NCBI GenBank assembly: GCA_030692045.1
Contig: JAUYCX010000119.1
Location: forward strand, 25,688-89,687
Direction: 5' to 3'
Length of the DNA: 64,000 bases
DNA from: Candidatus Omnitrophota bacterium
GTDB taxonomy: Bacteria > Omnitrophota > Gorgyraeia > JAUYCX01
Shown here: one piece after another, positions 9,354 through 18,112 of the stretch
Position numbering within the stretch: the stretch's first letter is position 1
Layout of the letters: each line of letters begins with the position of its first letter
Notes under the pieces: model-generated
Seen by the model: the letters and a program-made list of their open reading frames with translations, nothing else
What the model was told of the DNA's origin: nothing
Databases searched by the model: none
Program-made: the position numbers and the translations under genes

Positions 9354-9455
9354 AACGGAAGCGAAAAGGCGCGGCCTAATAAGTTTATTAGGACAAGCAA
9401 AGCCACGGGTACTTAAAAGCTTCTTAAAAAGTATAGCCGGGTTGCCGAAACCGTT
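9354..9455 (+). ncRNA. c-di-GMP-I (GEMM)-like riboswitch aptamer, variant
   Basis: GGC..[CCTAATA-AGTT-TATTAGG]..GCAAAGCCACGGGT...ATAGCCGGGTTGCCGAA resembles the GEMM core; AACGG (9354-9358) and CCGTT (9451-9455) can close P1; sits upstream of pilus genes. Confidence 0.72.
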
Positions 9456-9485
9456 AAGGTTTTTAGTCAACTCGGCTATTTTTTT
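9433..9485 (+). terminator. Riboswitch expression-platform terminator
   Basis: ATAGCCGGGTTG (9433-9444) pairs with CAACTCGGCTAT (9468-9479), with an inner AAACC/GGTTT helix and a following T-tract; it overlaps the aptamer 3' strand. Confidence 0.78.
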
Positions 9486-9497
9486 AAGGAGCCAGGG

Positions 9498-10292
9498 ATG
9501 ACAAAAAAAATTCCAGAAAAAAATACTCTACCCTTGGAGGAAAGGGGGAGTTTTTATTTTGAGCAAATCTTAATGGCTTTAAAAAAGTTTTGCATTGAGA
9601 GCCATAATCAGTTTATCAAGCCACATCATAGCCAAGACTCTAAAAATGTATCTTTTAACGCAGATATACGTGGTTCGACAAGCTCACCATCCCTCGAACC
9701 ATCCCGAGCGAAGTCGAGGGACAAATCCAACGCAGATAAACGCAGATTTATCATCGCAAACATCTGCGACCATCTGCGTTACATCTGCGGGAATCTGCGT
9801 TCAAAACTGGTTTTTCAGAAATCTTCTAGCCAAGCCGCAGTAGAATATTTAATTATCCTCTGCGCAGTGCTCACCCTATTCTTACTTTCCAATGCAGTTT
9901 TATATCCCAGAATAAAACAGACAGCCACAAATCTTTTTATAAAGTCAACCAAGGCAATTGTGGGAAGTGAGGAAAGTGCTCCGCCAGAGCCAGAGCCGCA
10001 GGGATGCGCTCGGATTAGTTGGTATGTATCTAGATTTAGAGACGGGATGAATAGGTTTGTAGATAGAGGCACATCCACGAATTTAACTCAACTTCAGTTT
10101 ATGAATTTGCAAAATTGTGCCGTAGAGGATTGTTCAGCGCGATACCAAGTATGTTGGCAGCGCATTTGCGCACTCACAGGTGTCTGTCGAGACCTTGATC
10201 CTAATGGACATTATATTAATACTCACGGGCTATATACTCTGAGTTGGCAAGGATGTGGTCGCTCAGTAAGTTGTAGATTTCGTTTAAATTAA
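9498..10292 (+). CDS. Prepilin-like protein with a Cys-rich C-terminus; long leader contains an inserted repeat; start uncertain
   Basis: SSQAAVEYLIILCAVLTLFLL class III-like site and TM helix; several Cys in the C-terminal domain. Confidence 0.6.
   Translation: MTKKIPEKNTLPLEERGSFYFEQILMALKKFCIESHNQFIKPHHSQDSKNVSFNADIRGSTSSPSLEPSRAKSRDKSNADKRRFIIANICDHLRYICGNLRSKLVFQKSSSQAAVEYLIILCAVLTLFLLSNAVLYPRIKQTATNLFIKSTKAIVGSEESAPPEPEPQGCARISWYVSRFRDGMNRFVDRGTSTNLTQLQFMNLQNCAVEDCSARYQVCWQRICALTGVCRDLDPNGHYINTHGLYTLSWQGCGRSVSCRFRLN
9657..9801. repeat. Composite palindromic repeat: AACGCAGAT/ATCTGCG units with a nested TTCGACAAGCTCACC...CCCGAGCGAAGTCGAGGGA element
   Basis: Three AACGCAGAT units are followed by four ATCTGCG units; an unrelated hairpin element is nested at about 9671-9722. 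Confidence 0.75.
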
Positions 10293-10298
10293 CTGTAA

Positions 10299-10850
10299 AT
10301 GATGAAACTTTTATACAAAATAAAAGACAAAAATTCTCAACACACCATTGAATATTGTGTAATCATTGCCTTGGTGGCTTTGGGAATTATTTTAATGCGC
10401 AATTATGTTTATCGCTCAATATTTGCCGGAATGAAGATGTGGGAGGATGAGGTAGCTGATTCGTTGGAAGATGCAATAGAGCCGCCGCCGCTTCGGACGA
10501 TTACACTTCGTTTCAGGTATTATAGAACTACGGCTGTGAGGGTGGATAGGTATCCTTACTTAGACTATACTTTAGAATTATTAGATGTACCTGATTGTCC
10601 CTATAGAACTGTGGATGAATTTGGAGTGGAGACACTTGATTATCGCACAAATGGTTGCATACCAGCGGGTGGAAGTTGTAGTCATGCACCCATATATGGG
10701 GTTACCCCACGTTGCTGGGAAAAAAGAGCAGGAACTCGTGACTTACGAGGCTTTCAAACAGTAATCCAGATAGATGGAAGGGGTTGTTTTAAAATACCTA
10801 CTAACATTTGTGGTCAACCTATGCCCCCTCCTGAATGTAGAGATTGTTAG
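10299..10850 (+). CDS. Prepilin-like protein (minor pilin) with a Cys-rich domain
   Basis: KNSQHTIEYCVIIALVALGIILMRNYVYRS. Confidence 0.75.
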   Translation: MMKLLYKIKDKNSQHTIEYCVIIALVALGIILMRNYVYRSIFAGMKMWEDEVADSLEDAIEPPPLRTITLRFRYYRTTAVRVDRYPYLDYTLELLDVPDCPYRTVDEFGVETLDYRTNGCIPAGGSCSHAPIYGVTPRCWEKRAGTRDLRGFQTVIQIDGRGCFKIPTNICGQPMPPPECRDC

Positions 10851-10866
10851 GAGCAAAGGAAAAGTT

Positions 10867-11016
10867 ATGTTTCGCTTAAACAAAAAAGCCCAACACTTAA
10901 TTGAATACGCCATAGTTATTTCATTAGTGGCGGCGGTAATGGTGGCAATGCGCACATATGTTTATCGAGCCACACAAGCCACCTTAAAGACAATTGAAGA
11001 TGAGTTTTTTAAGTGA
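10867..11016 (+). CDS. Flp-like small pilin (49 aa; start re-assigned from 10774)
   Basis: MFRLNKKAQHLIEYAIVISLVAAVMVAMRTYVYR, preceded by AGGAGCAAAGGA. Confidence 0.75.
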   Translation: MFRLNKKAQHLIEYAIVISLVAAVMVAMRTYVYRATQATLKTIEDEFFK

Positions 11017-11031
11017 GGACATAAGTTATGT

Positions 11032-11061
11032 TCCGCCAAAGGTCTGTGGCGGACTCATTAA
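11032..11061 (+). repeat. 30-bp hairpin-leader repeat, copy 1
   Basis: TCCGCCAAAGGTCTGTGGCGGACTCATTAA, identical at 11689-11718; each copy directly precedes an SD. Confidence 0.85.
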
Positions 11062-11076
11062 AGGAGGTGAACAGAT

Positions 11077-11262
11077 ATGAGCAGGAAGAAAAGGTATAGA
11101 GCAGAAAAAGGCCAAAGCACCTTGGAGTATATCGTCATTGTAGCTGTGATTATTGGCGCAGTGATTATCTTTGCCACAAGTACGCTAAAGCCCAAAGTAG
11201 GCGAAAGTTTAAACCATGTGGCAAACCAAATGGAAGTAGTAGTAAATCGAATAACCTATTAG
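11077..11262 (+). CDS. flp: Flp family type IVb pilin (candidate major pilin)
   Basis: 61 aa, KGQSTLEYIVIVAVIIGAVIIF; strong SD AAGGAGGTG. Confidence 0.82.
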   Translation: MSRKKRYRAEKGQSTLEYIVIVAVIIGAVIIFATSTLKPKVGESLNHVANQMEVVVNRITY

Positions 11263-11292
11263 TTTCTTTAAAATAGATGGGGGTGAAATAAA

Positions 11293-11637
11293 ATGCTGAA
11301 ATTAAGAAAAAGAGGTCAGAGCACTGCCGAGTATGCAGTCCTAATTGGATTAGTGATTGCAGCAGCAGTGGGTATGCGTATATATGTTGAGCGCGGGCTT
11401 AAAGCCAGAACGCACGGTGCTATGGAGTATTTAACCAAGGAGACTAATGCGATTGATGGTTCAACCTTTAACCGTCAATACGAACCATATTACATGAATC
11501 AGCAGTATGAGGTTACACAGAATGCACAAGATAGAACAAAATTGAGAGAAGGTCAGAAAGTTGAGGTAACTGCCAATGCCAAAACCACTCGTGCTACAGG
11601 TGGTTTTTCAGAATATGGTAATGTAGTAGAAGAATAA
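11293..11637 (+). CDS. Flp/TadE-like pilin
   Basis: RGQSTAEYAVLIGLVIAAAVGMRIYVERGLKAR...QYEPYY. Confidence 0.8.
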   Translation: MLKLRKRGQSTAEYAVLIGLVIAAAVGMRIYVERGLKARTHGAMEYLTKETNAIDGSTFNRQYEPYYMNQQYEVTQNAQDRTKLREGQKVEVTANAKTTRATGGFSEYGNVVEE

Positions 11638-11649
11638 ATGTTTCATTTT

Positions 11650-11681
11650 ATCCTTGACCCACCTACGGCGAGGTCAAGGAT
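11650..11681. other. 10-bp stem-loop (mRNA stabiliser or weak terminator)
   Basis: ATCCTTGACC...GGTCAAGGAT, directly after the 11637 stop. Confidence 0.55.
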
Positions 11682-11688
11682 TAATTCG

Positions 11689-11718
11689 TCCGCCAAAGGT
11701 CTGTGGCGGACTCATTAA
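11689..11718 (+). repeat. 30-bp hairpin-leader repeat, copy 2
   Basis: Identical to 11032-11061. Confidence 0.85.
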
Positions 11719-11736
11719 GGGGGTGTAAATAAGACA

Positions 11737-12066
11737 ATGCTTAAAATAAAGAAAAAAATGGCACAGAGTACATTAGAGTATGCGATTTTAATCGTGGTTA
11801 TTGCCGGAGCTTTCTTAACTACACAGATGTGGCTTAAGCATGCAGTGCAGGGTAAAATAAGGTCTTCAGCTGATGATATTGGAGAGCAATTTTCTACTGC
11901 CTTTAGCAATGCGGATCTCAACTTTGATTCATATAGTAAGACTAATGAAACGGTTGTATCTAAAATTACCAAATCTACGCTTTTGGATGATGCTACCTCG
12001 AATAAGATTGACTCAATTAATTTATCGCATAACCAAGAATACTGGGGTCCAACATCAACACCGTAA
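11737..12066 (+). CDS. Flp/TadE-like pilin
   Basis: MAQSTLEYAILIVVIAGAFL...AVQGKIRSSADDIGEQF. Confidence 0.8.
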   Translation: MLKIKKKMAQSTLEYAILIVVIAGAFLTTQMWLKHAVQGKIRSSADDIGEQFSTAFSNADLNFDSYSKTNETVVSKITKSTLLDDATSNKIDSINLSHNQEYWGPTSTP

Positions 12067-12121
12067 AATCGCGCAAGGTTTGAAAACGATGCTAAAAGGG
12101 GTAAGTGTGGATAGGGTTCAT

Positions 12122-12493
12122 ATGGTAATTAAAGACAAAAAGGCGCAGCAGATAAGTGAATATGCTATTGTGTTAGCTTTAATTGTAAGCGCAGCTGCAG
12201 GCATGCAATTTTATGTTCAGCGCGGCTTGCAAGCCAGATACAAGGGTGCCACAGAAAAGCTTATCAGAGAGGCACGTGTAGCCACTATGCGCGACCCTGT
12301 GCCTATTCATGTTTCTATGCAATATGAACCCTATTACACCAAAAGTGAATACGAGATAACTCAGAGTAGTCACAAGCAGGAGAATCTTTCCACACACGCC
12401 GAGATTAGAACAGGATTATTGAGTAGGTCAATAAGTGAATCTACCTTGCGTAAAGGTTCTCAGGAAACCTTGCCAGCTAAGTTGGGAGATTAA
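12122..12493 (+). CDS. Flp/TadE-like pilin (start re-assigned from 11873; 12089 also possible)
   Basis: KKAQQISEYAIVLALIVSAAAGMQFYVQRGLQAR...QYEPYY. Confidence 0.75.
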   Translation: MVIKDKKAQQISEYAIVLALIVSAAAGMQFYVQRGLQARYKGATEKLIREARVATMRDPVPIHVSMQYEPYYTKSEYEITQSSHKQENLSTHAEIRTGLLSRSISESTLRKGSQETLPAKLGD

Positions 12494-12497
12494 GTCA

Positions 12498-12830
12498 ATG
12501 AAAAATTTAAGGGCGCAAAGCTTAACAGAATATGTAATTGTTTTGGGGTTGGTGGTAGTTGCGCTTACCACTATGCAGGTTTATATGCGTCGGGGTATTC
12601 AAGCAGTAGTTAAAGTTTCTGCAGATGAATTAGGCTTCCAGCAAAATAGCGAGGATGTGCTTGACCCGGCTAAGCAGGGCTTTTTAAGGAGCTTTCACTC
12701 TCAAGTTAATTCCCAAAGCCAGCGTCGAATGGTGGGTGTCCCAGGAGTTCTAAATAAAGATATTGATGAAAGTAGCACTTTTTCCTTAAATGGTATATAT
12801 TTTTTGGGTAATGAGGAGAAAAGTTTGTAA
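12498..12830 (+). CDS. Flp/TadE-like pilin (start re-assigned from 12435)
   Basis: MKNLRAQSLTEYVIVLGLVVVALTTMQVYMRRGIQA. Confidence 0.78.
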   Translation: MKNLRAQSLTEYVIVLGLVVVALTTMQVYMRRGIQAVVKVSADELGFQQNSEDVLDPAKQGFLRSFHSQVNSQSQRRMVGVPGVLNKDIDESSTFSLNGIYFLGNEEKSL

Positions 12831-13151
12831 ATGGATAAACACGCGCAGATTAGTTTAGAGGCAATTATCTTGATTATCATTGTGGTAGCCGCGCTTCTTA
12901 CTATGGATATTTATTTAAAACGCGCTATACAAGGTAGATGGCGAGGGGCTTCTGATGAGATAGGCGAGCAATACGAATACGGACATACCAATAGCGATTT
13001 TACGTTTAGCGTAGTAAGTAATACCGAAACGTTAATTAGTACTGAAGAAACTCGTCAAGGGGAAGGCAATGTCGTGATTACTACCAACAGAGTTGACTTA
13101 ACTGATATGTCAGAAACCAAAACAGGCACAGAATATGTGGAAGGTTATTAA
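12831..13151 (+). CDS. Flp/TadE-like pilin
   Basis: HAQISLEAIILIIIVVAALLTMDIYLKRAIQGRWRGASDEIGEQY. Confidence 0.78.
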   Translation: MDKHAQISLEAIILIIIVVAALLTMDIYLKRAIQGRWRGASDEIGEQYEYGHTNSDFTFSVVSNTETLISTEETRQGEGNVVITTNRVDLTDMSETKTGTEYVEGY

Positions 13152-14331
13152 TAAAGCGCAGACAGCCAGTGAATTGGCAATCTTTGGCACCATACTGGTA
13201 TTTGTGATTGGCGTACTTATTCGCTTTGCGCTTTCTTTTAACTATAACCAAGATTATCAAATGAGGGCTTTTAAAAGAGCATTGCAGTTATCTTATGCCA
13301 ATCAAGCTGACTCAGCAAATAGGTCTTTAGCCAGTGTTACAATTATCAATGATAGGGATATTCCAGAATTAAGCGACCAATTAGGCATAATGCAGCGCAC
13401 TCCCTATTTTGCCTCAGCCACAGCTATGTATAACAGTATGTTATTTGGCTCAACACGTTATCCTTATTACTTCCAATGGTGTGGTTCTGCGCCTGAGTGG
13501 TTGGATGATGGCCATCCTGATGCCTTGCCAGTAAATGATATTTATGTCAACAATGAACGCATTGTGCTTTCTGTGGCTGATTATGCTAAATACCCTTGTC
13601 CAGAGGGAGAGGAAAGAAAAAGGCAGATTATCTGGAGTGACCCAAAGTGGGCTGAGGCAGACCCTAATCCCAGTGGCAGTGACTATTGGCGTTGGTTAAG
13701 GTTTAAATGCGAAGACATTGACCCAGATGGAAGCCCGGATAATGGCCTTAATATTACCAGCGCCGATATTGATAATGACGGAAAAGAAGAAACTATCTTT
13801 GCGGCAATGGGTTGTCAGGAGGTAGTATGTGAGCCTGAAGACCCATTAGACCATGATAGCCCGGAAATTTGTAATTTAGTTTTTCATATTGCGGAGGTTA
13901 CAGTTTTAGATAGTCAATTAGGTGAAATTGACACAACCATTAACTCTGCAGATTTAAGAGATGAAGTAGAGCCTCAGGGTTTTAAACCAGGTTATAAGAT
14001 TTATGCGCGAGTAAATCCTGGTTCAAGCCATCAAAAACAAGAAACTTACACTGAAATAACCAATACCAATCAGGTAAGACGCGCAGATTTTATTTCTCGT
14101 GAAATACAGCTTAATCCCGCACATATTGACTATTATGGAAATCAGTTAAACGAACCTAATAACTGGCATGGTTTTTATTGGAGAAATAGAGACAGGCTTG
14201 TTCCGATAGCTAATGAAAGGTGTCAAGACCTTAATAAGGATAGGACTTGTCTGGATGTAAACGAAGCAAAGCTTTATGTCAGGAGTAGAATTAATGTGGG
14301 AAAAACGCGTATCTGGAAAACGCCTCATTAA
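13135..14331 (+). CDS. Large minor pilin/adhesin-like protein
   Basis: KAQTASELAIFGTILVFVIGVLI; acidic Ca-binding-like loops (DIDPDG, ADIDNDGKEE); several Cys. Confidence 0.7.
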   Translation: MWKVINKAQTASELAIFGTILVFVIGVLIRFALSFNYNQDYQMRAFKRALQLSYANQADSANRSLASVTIINDRDIPELSDQLGIMQRTPYFASATAMYNSMLFGSTRYPYYFQWCGSAPEWLDDGHPDALPVNDIYVNNERIVLSVADYAKYPCPEGEERKRQIIWSDPKWAEADPNPSGSDYWRWLRFKCEDIDPDGSPDNGLNITSADIDNDGKEETIFAAMGCQEVVCEPEDPLDHDSPEICNLVFHIAEVTVLDSQLGEIDTTINSADLRDEVEPQGFKPGYKIYARVNPGSSHQKQETYTEITNTNQVRRADFISREIQLNPAHIDYYGNQLNEPNNWHGFYWRNRDRLVPIANERCQDLNKDRTCLDVNEAKLYVRSRINVGKTRIWKTPH

Positions 14332-14545
14332 GGCGCAGGTAACCATAGAATTTACCTTTTGCTTGGTAATAGTGGTCTTGCTTTTTATTGCCTCTTTTTA
14401 TGCCCTTATTTGGGGAGTGGATATTTTGGTGGTCAGAACAACTAATTATGAGGCAAGTATGATTGGCGGTCGTGACCAGGTGGTTAAGGAGGATTTTTAT
14501 ATAACTCCTCCAATGAGTATAATACCCTTGATAAATCGGGAGTAG
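14294..14545 (+). CDS. TadE-like pseudopilin (start re-assigned from 14276)
   Basis: SD AGGAG at 14281; KAQVTIEFTFCLVIVVLLFIASF. Confidence 0.72.
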   Translation: MWEKRVSGKRLIKAQVTIEFTFCLVIVVLLFIASFYALIWGVDILVVRTTNYEASMIGGRDQVVKEDFYITPPMSIIPLINRE

Positions 14546-14557
14546 AGAGGTATTGGA

Positions 14558-16561
14558 ATGTTTCTTAAATTTCAACATTTTAAAAAAGGCAGGGTTTCTG
14601 GTCAGGTTGCCATTTTTATAATTTTAATTATTGCGATTATATTTTTATTTGTAGCTGTGCTAATGAATGTGGGTCAAGTGGCTTTAAACAAAACCATAGT
14701 TACCATTGCCGCAGATAGTGGAGCAATTACCTTGGCCTCTTATATTGGCAGTTCAGCGCGTTTTAATAAATATAGTTCAATGGGAGGCGCGAGAGAAATA
14801 TGTTTTTATACTGGATTTTTTGCTGGTCTCTTGAAGTTTCTGGCTGTTATAGTTGCTTTAATCACGATGAACCCTGCAAGCCTTTTCTGGACGATTGTGG
14901 CTTATGCTGGCGTAGCATTATCTGGAATAGCAATGATATTAGGAACAAGGGTTAATCATGGTCAAGTTCAGGCATTTAATAAAGAACAAGAGAAACTAAG
15001 CAAAGAACAGCAATTTCAGGAAAGGGCAATTCAAGCAGCTTTATTTCTGGCAGTTACGGATAATAAGCAAATCACGGATGATCAGCCTGGCAGGCAAGAC
15101 CAAGATATGGATGGCTTAATAAATGATGAGGTTAGTTATTTTGGAGACTGGTATTTAAAACAGAGGTTACAAGGTTTGGTGAGAGATGAGGAAGTTGCCG
15201 CTGCCATTAATACTTTCTTAGATGTTTTAAGAAGCACCGACGATTACCTTGGCTTTGCAGATTATCTTTATAAACGCGACCCTGGTGGTGTCCATTTCCC
15301 CCTCTGCAATCCTGAGGACCCTGTTAACTGGAACCCCACAGGCTATGAATGCGGAGTTTATTTCTGGATGGGCTCTGATGAGGGTAGTCGTCCAGTGACA
15401 GACAAACTAATGATGTTTCCTAATTTTTATGATTTGGAACAAAATGTGCCTTCTGCACCCATAGTTGATGGTTGGCCCATTGACAATATCGGGAATTTTG
15501 ATTTACGCTTTTGGCTGCCGGGAACTACCATAGACCCCCCTAATCCTGGAGAAGACGCTCAGGTTTGTGGTCGTGGTCGCGAAGGTGACCCGGGTTGCCC
15601 ACATTGTTATTTGGGCTGTAATATTCTTACGCGGCAGCCACCTGATGATGCAGTTGACCATTTAAAAGGCAGTATTAATGCCTTTCAAAGATTAGCCAAG
15701 GGATATTGCTGGCAGGAAGGTGATAAGACACAATGTGCTCCAGGAATTCTCCAATTAAGCCTAAATACTTTAATTCAGCAATTTCCTAATGGCTGGTTTA
15801 AACAGTTTTATAACCCTGAGACAAATGCAGATTGGTTTGATAGATTGCAAGAATGGCAAAATGATATTATAGCTTGGAGTGAGGAATTAGGAGTGATTAG
15901 AAATACCCTTAATATTCAGATTAGACAACATCAACAAACTCTACAAGGCATTGTAGACCCAATTTTACGCCAGCCATATTTAGACCGCATTGAAGAATTA
16001 AGTATCCTTGCGGGGAAGGTAGAAGCGGTTTTAGGTATGTTTGGTATGTTAGGCGGGCCTGTTTTTGGATTTGTTCAACGCATAACTTTACTTAGAAATG
16101 CAATTGAAGCTCTGAGCATCGTTGAACCTATTGTGCGCACTTCCATAGAGGCAGGTAACAAGGCTGTGTATGGCTGGGATGATAATCCAGAGGATGATAA
16201 TTTAGGCTGCCATGTGGTAAAGGTGGAGGCGGAAATGCCTTTAGAGCTTCCCCTGATATATTTAGATGAAGGAACATTTAGAGACTGCTATAAACGTCTT
16301 AACGAAACAGGCCGGGTCAAGGTCACGGTAACTCGCTTTGACCAAAGCAAGTCAGAGATGCGATTTGCTTTAGGCATACCCATTTGGAAATTTAATTTTA
16401 GCAACCCCTGGAAACCTGGCACATTTCAAGGTAATTGTACAAATGAGTCTGAGTGGGAGAGGGCATTGCCCTATGGAGTATCTAGCAGTGCCTGTGCTTG
16501 TTATGGACCTGAGCCAGCAAATATGATGTTTATAGGATGTGATGCGGAATGTCCATTCTAA
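14558..16561 (+). CDS. TadG-like pilus protein
   Basis: SGQVAIFIILIIAIIFLFVAVLMNVGQV...AADSGA (Tad domain); DQDMDG loop; Cys-rich regions. Confidence 0.75.
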   Translation: MFLKFQHFKKGRVSGQVAIFIILIIAIIFLFVAVLMNVGQVALNKTIVTIAADSGAITLASYIGSSARFNKYSSMGGAREICFYTGFFAGLLKFLAVIVALITMNPASLFWTIVAYAGVALSGIAMILGTRVNHGQVQAFNKEQEKLSKEQQFQERAIQAALFLAVTDNKQITDDQPGRQDQDMDGLINDEVSYFGDWYLKQRLQGLVRDEEVAAAINTFLDVLRSTDDYLGFADYLYKRDPGGVHFPLCNPEDPVNWNPTGYECGVYFWMGSDEGSRPVTDKLMMFPNFYDLEQNVPSAPIVDGWPIDNIGNFDLRFWLPGTTIDPPNPGEDAQVCGRGREGDPGCPHCYLGCNILTRQPPDDAVDHLKGSINAFQRLAKGYCWQEGDKTQCAPGILQLSLNTLIQQFPNGWFKQFYNPETNADWFDRLQEWQNDIIAWSEELGVIRNTLNIQIRQHQQTLQGIVDPILRQPYLDRIEELSILAGKVEAVLGMFGMLGGPVFGFVQRITLLRNAIEALSIVEPIVRTSIEAGNKAVYGWDDNPEDDNLGCHVVKVEAEMPLELPLIYLDEGTFRDCYKRLNETGRVKVTVTRFDQSKSEMRFALGIPIWKFNFSNPWKPGTFQGNCTNESEWERALPYGVSSSACACYGPEPANMMFIGCDAECPF

Positions 16562-16758
16562 TAAAGAAAAATAAAGCCAGCTTTGCCATTGAGTATTGTA
16601 TGCTGATTATAATATTGGTGGCTGCGCTTTTATTGATGCAGTACTATATTATTCGAGCTTTTGCTGGCAGATGGAGAACAACCGGCGATGTATTTGGTTT
16701 TGGCAAGCAGTATGAGCCGGATGTAACTGTGGTATGTGAGGGTGAGGAATGTCCATAA
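16549..16758 (+). CDS. Small Flp/TadE-like pilin
   Basis: KASFAIEYCMLIIILVAALLLMQYYIIRAFAGRWRTTGDVFGFGKQYEP. Confidence 0.72.
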   Translation: MSILIKKNKASFAIEYCMLIIILVAALLLMQYYIIRAFAGRWRTTGDVFGFGKQYEPDVTVVCEGEECP

Positions 16759-16810
16759 AGAGAGGTTAATCGTTGAAGGGTTGCGTAGCTAGAAAGGTTG
16801 AATATATGTT

Positions 16811-16951
16811 AAATCCGAAATCCGAAGCACGAAATCCGAAACAATGTTCAAATTTCCTAAATCCGAATGACCAAAACCAAAGCTGTTTTGAACATTTGGA
16901 CATTAGAACATTCGAGCTTGTTTCGAATTTCGGATTTCGAATTTCGAAATT
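16811..16951. repeat. Palindromic heptamer-repeat element (AAATCCG / TTTCGAA units)
   Basis: AAATCCGAAATCCGAAGCACGAAATCCGAA...TTTCGAATTTCGGATTTCGAATTTCG can fold into a long imperfect hairpin in the intergenic space. Confidence 0.75.
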
Positions 16952-17004
16952 AACCTTGTTGCCACATAATTCAACACTCTCATTGACGAAAGACGAGAAA
17001 TAAT

Positions 17005-17853
17005 ATGCTTCAATTTGCCATAATTCTATTAACCTTTGGAACAGTGGGGCTTTTAAGCGGACAATATATTCCAGTGTTGGTTGAGAAGATTCACAAGATT
17101 AATCTTAAACGCGCAGAGAAATTGGCAGATAAAACAGAAAGAATATTTTTAAAAGTTCGCATTGATAAAATGATTTTATTCTATCTGCTTTCACCAATTG
17201 TATTAGGCGGCATAGGATATTTTATCTTGCATAATCTTTTGGGTGTGTTAGTAGGAGCTGGCATCGCATTAGTTATTCCCAGTATCTATATAAAAAATCT
17301 CCAGACGCAGCGTAGGACCAAATTTCATAAACAGCTTATTGACGGCCTGTTACTATTATCCAGCTCTCTTAAGGGGGGCTTAAGTTTAATCCAGGCATTG
17401 GAAATAATGGTTGAGGAAATGCCTCCGCCTTTAAGCCAGGAGTTTGGCATTGTTTTAAGTGAGAATAAGATGGGCGTATCTTTGGAAGAATCTTTTAAAC
17501 GGCTTTATCAGAGAATACCCAGTCCCGAACTAAATCAGATGATTACAGCCATAATTCTGGCGCGGGAAACCGGCGGAAATTTACCTTCTATCTTTTCCAG
17601 GTTGGTTACTACCTTAAGAGAGAATACAAAGATTATCCAAAATATTCAGACTCTGACTTTGCAGGGCAGGCTGCAAGGCACAATTATGTCAGCCTTACCA
17701 ATTGTTTTTGGGATATTTGTGTTTACAGCTAGTCCTGGTTTCTTTAATATAATGTTCGAATCAGAAACAGGCAAGGCGCTCTTAATTTACTCAGTAATTT
17801 CAGAGGTTATTGGTATGATTTTAATTCGTAGAATTAGTAAGATTAGTTTTTAA
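17005..17853 (+). CDS. tadB: Tad inner-membrane platform protein TadB (T2SSF family)
   Basis: QLIDGLLLLSSSLKGGLSLIQAL...PLSQEF...ETGGNL...TLQGRLQG. Confidence 0.9.
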   Translation: MLQFAIILLTFGTVGLLSGQYIPVLVEKIHKINLKRAEKLADKTERIFLKVRIDKMILFYLLSPIVLGGIGYFILHNLLGVLVGAGIALVIPSIYIKNLQTQRRTKFHKQLIDGLLLLSSSLKGGLSLIQALEIMVEEMPPPLSQEFGIVLSENKMGVSLEESFKRLYQRIPSPELNQMITAIILARETGGNLPSIFSRLVTTLRENTKIIQNIQTLTLQGRLQGTIMSALPIVFGIFVFTASPGFFNIMFESETGKALLIYSVISEVIGMILIRRISKISF

Positions 17854-18110
17854 GTGAGGACATAAGTTATGGAGACATATATTAATAAAAATCTTAACGA
17901 CATAACTTATAAGTCCGAACTTATCCCGACGAATATGTCAAAATTATCGAAGAGAATTTTGACATGGTTTATGAGTCGGGATACAATTGATAACATTTGC
18001 CCATTGCGTAAACATCCCAAAAATCTCTACGATATTTTTGGGATACGCTATGGGGTTAATTCGCGCAAACAACTTATGTCACTTTCGTTCCATAAGTTGT
18101 GCGCTCATTA
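17847..18110. repeat. Non-coding MITE-like insertion with imperfect inverted ends between tadB and tadC
   Basis: Left end AAGTGAGGACATAAGTTATGG versus right-side ACAACTTATGTCACTT and CCATAAGTTGTGCGCTCATTA; the left 25 bp are identical to 11006-11030. Confidence 0.5.
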
Positions 18111-18112
18111 AT

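Noticed and set aside
9273-9470. 65-aa minus-strand ORF
   Set aside because: It overlaps the promoter and riboswitch and has no coding features.
11032-11718. 30-bp repeats as a CRISPR array
   Set aside because: Only two copies, 657 bp apart with genes between them; no cas genes. No CRISPR array, tRNA or rRNA was recognised in the window.
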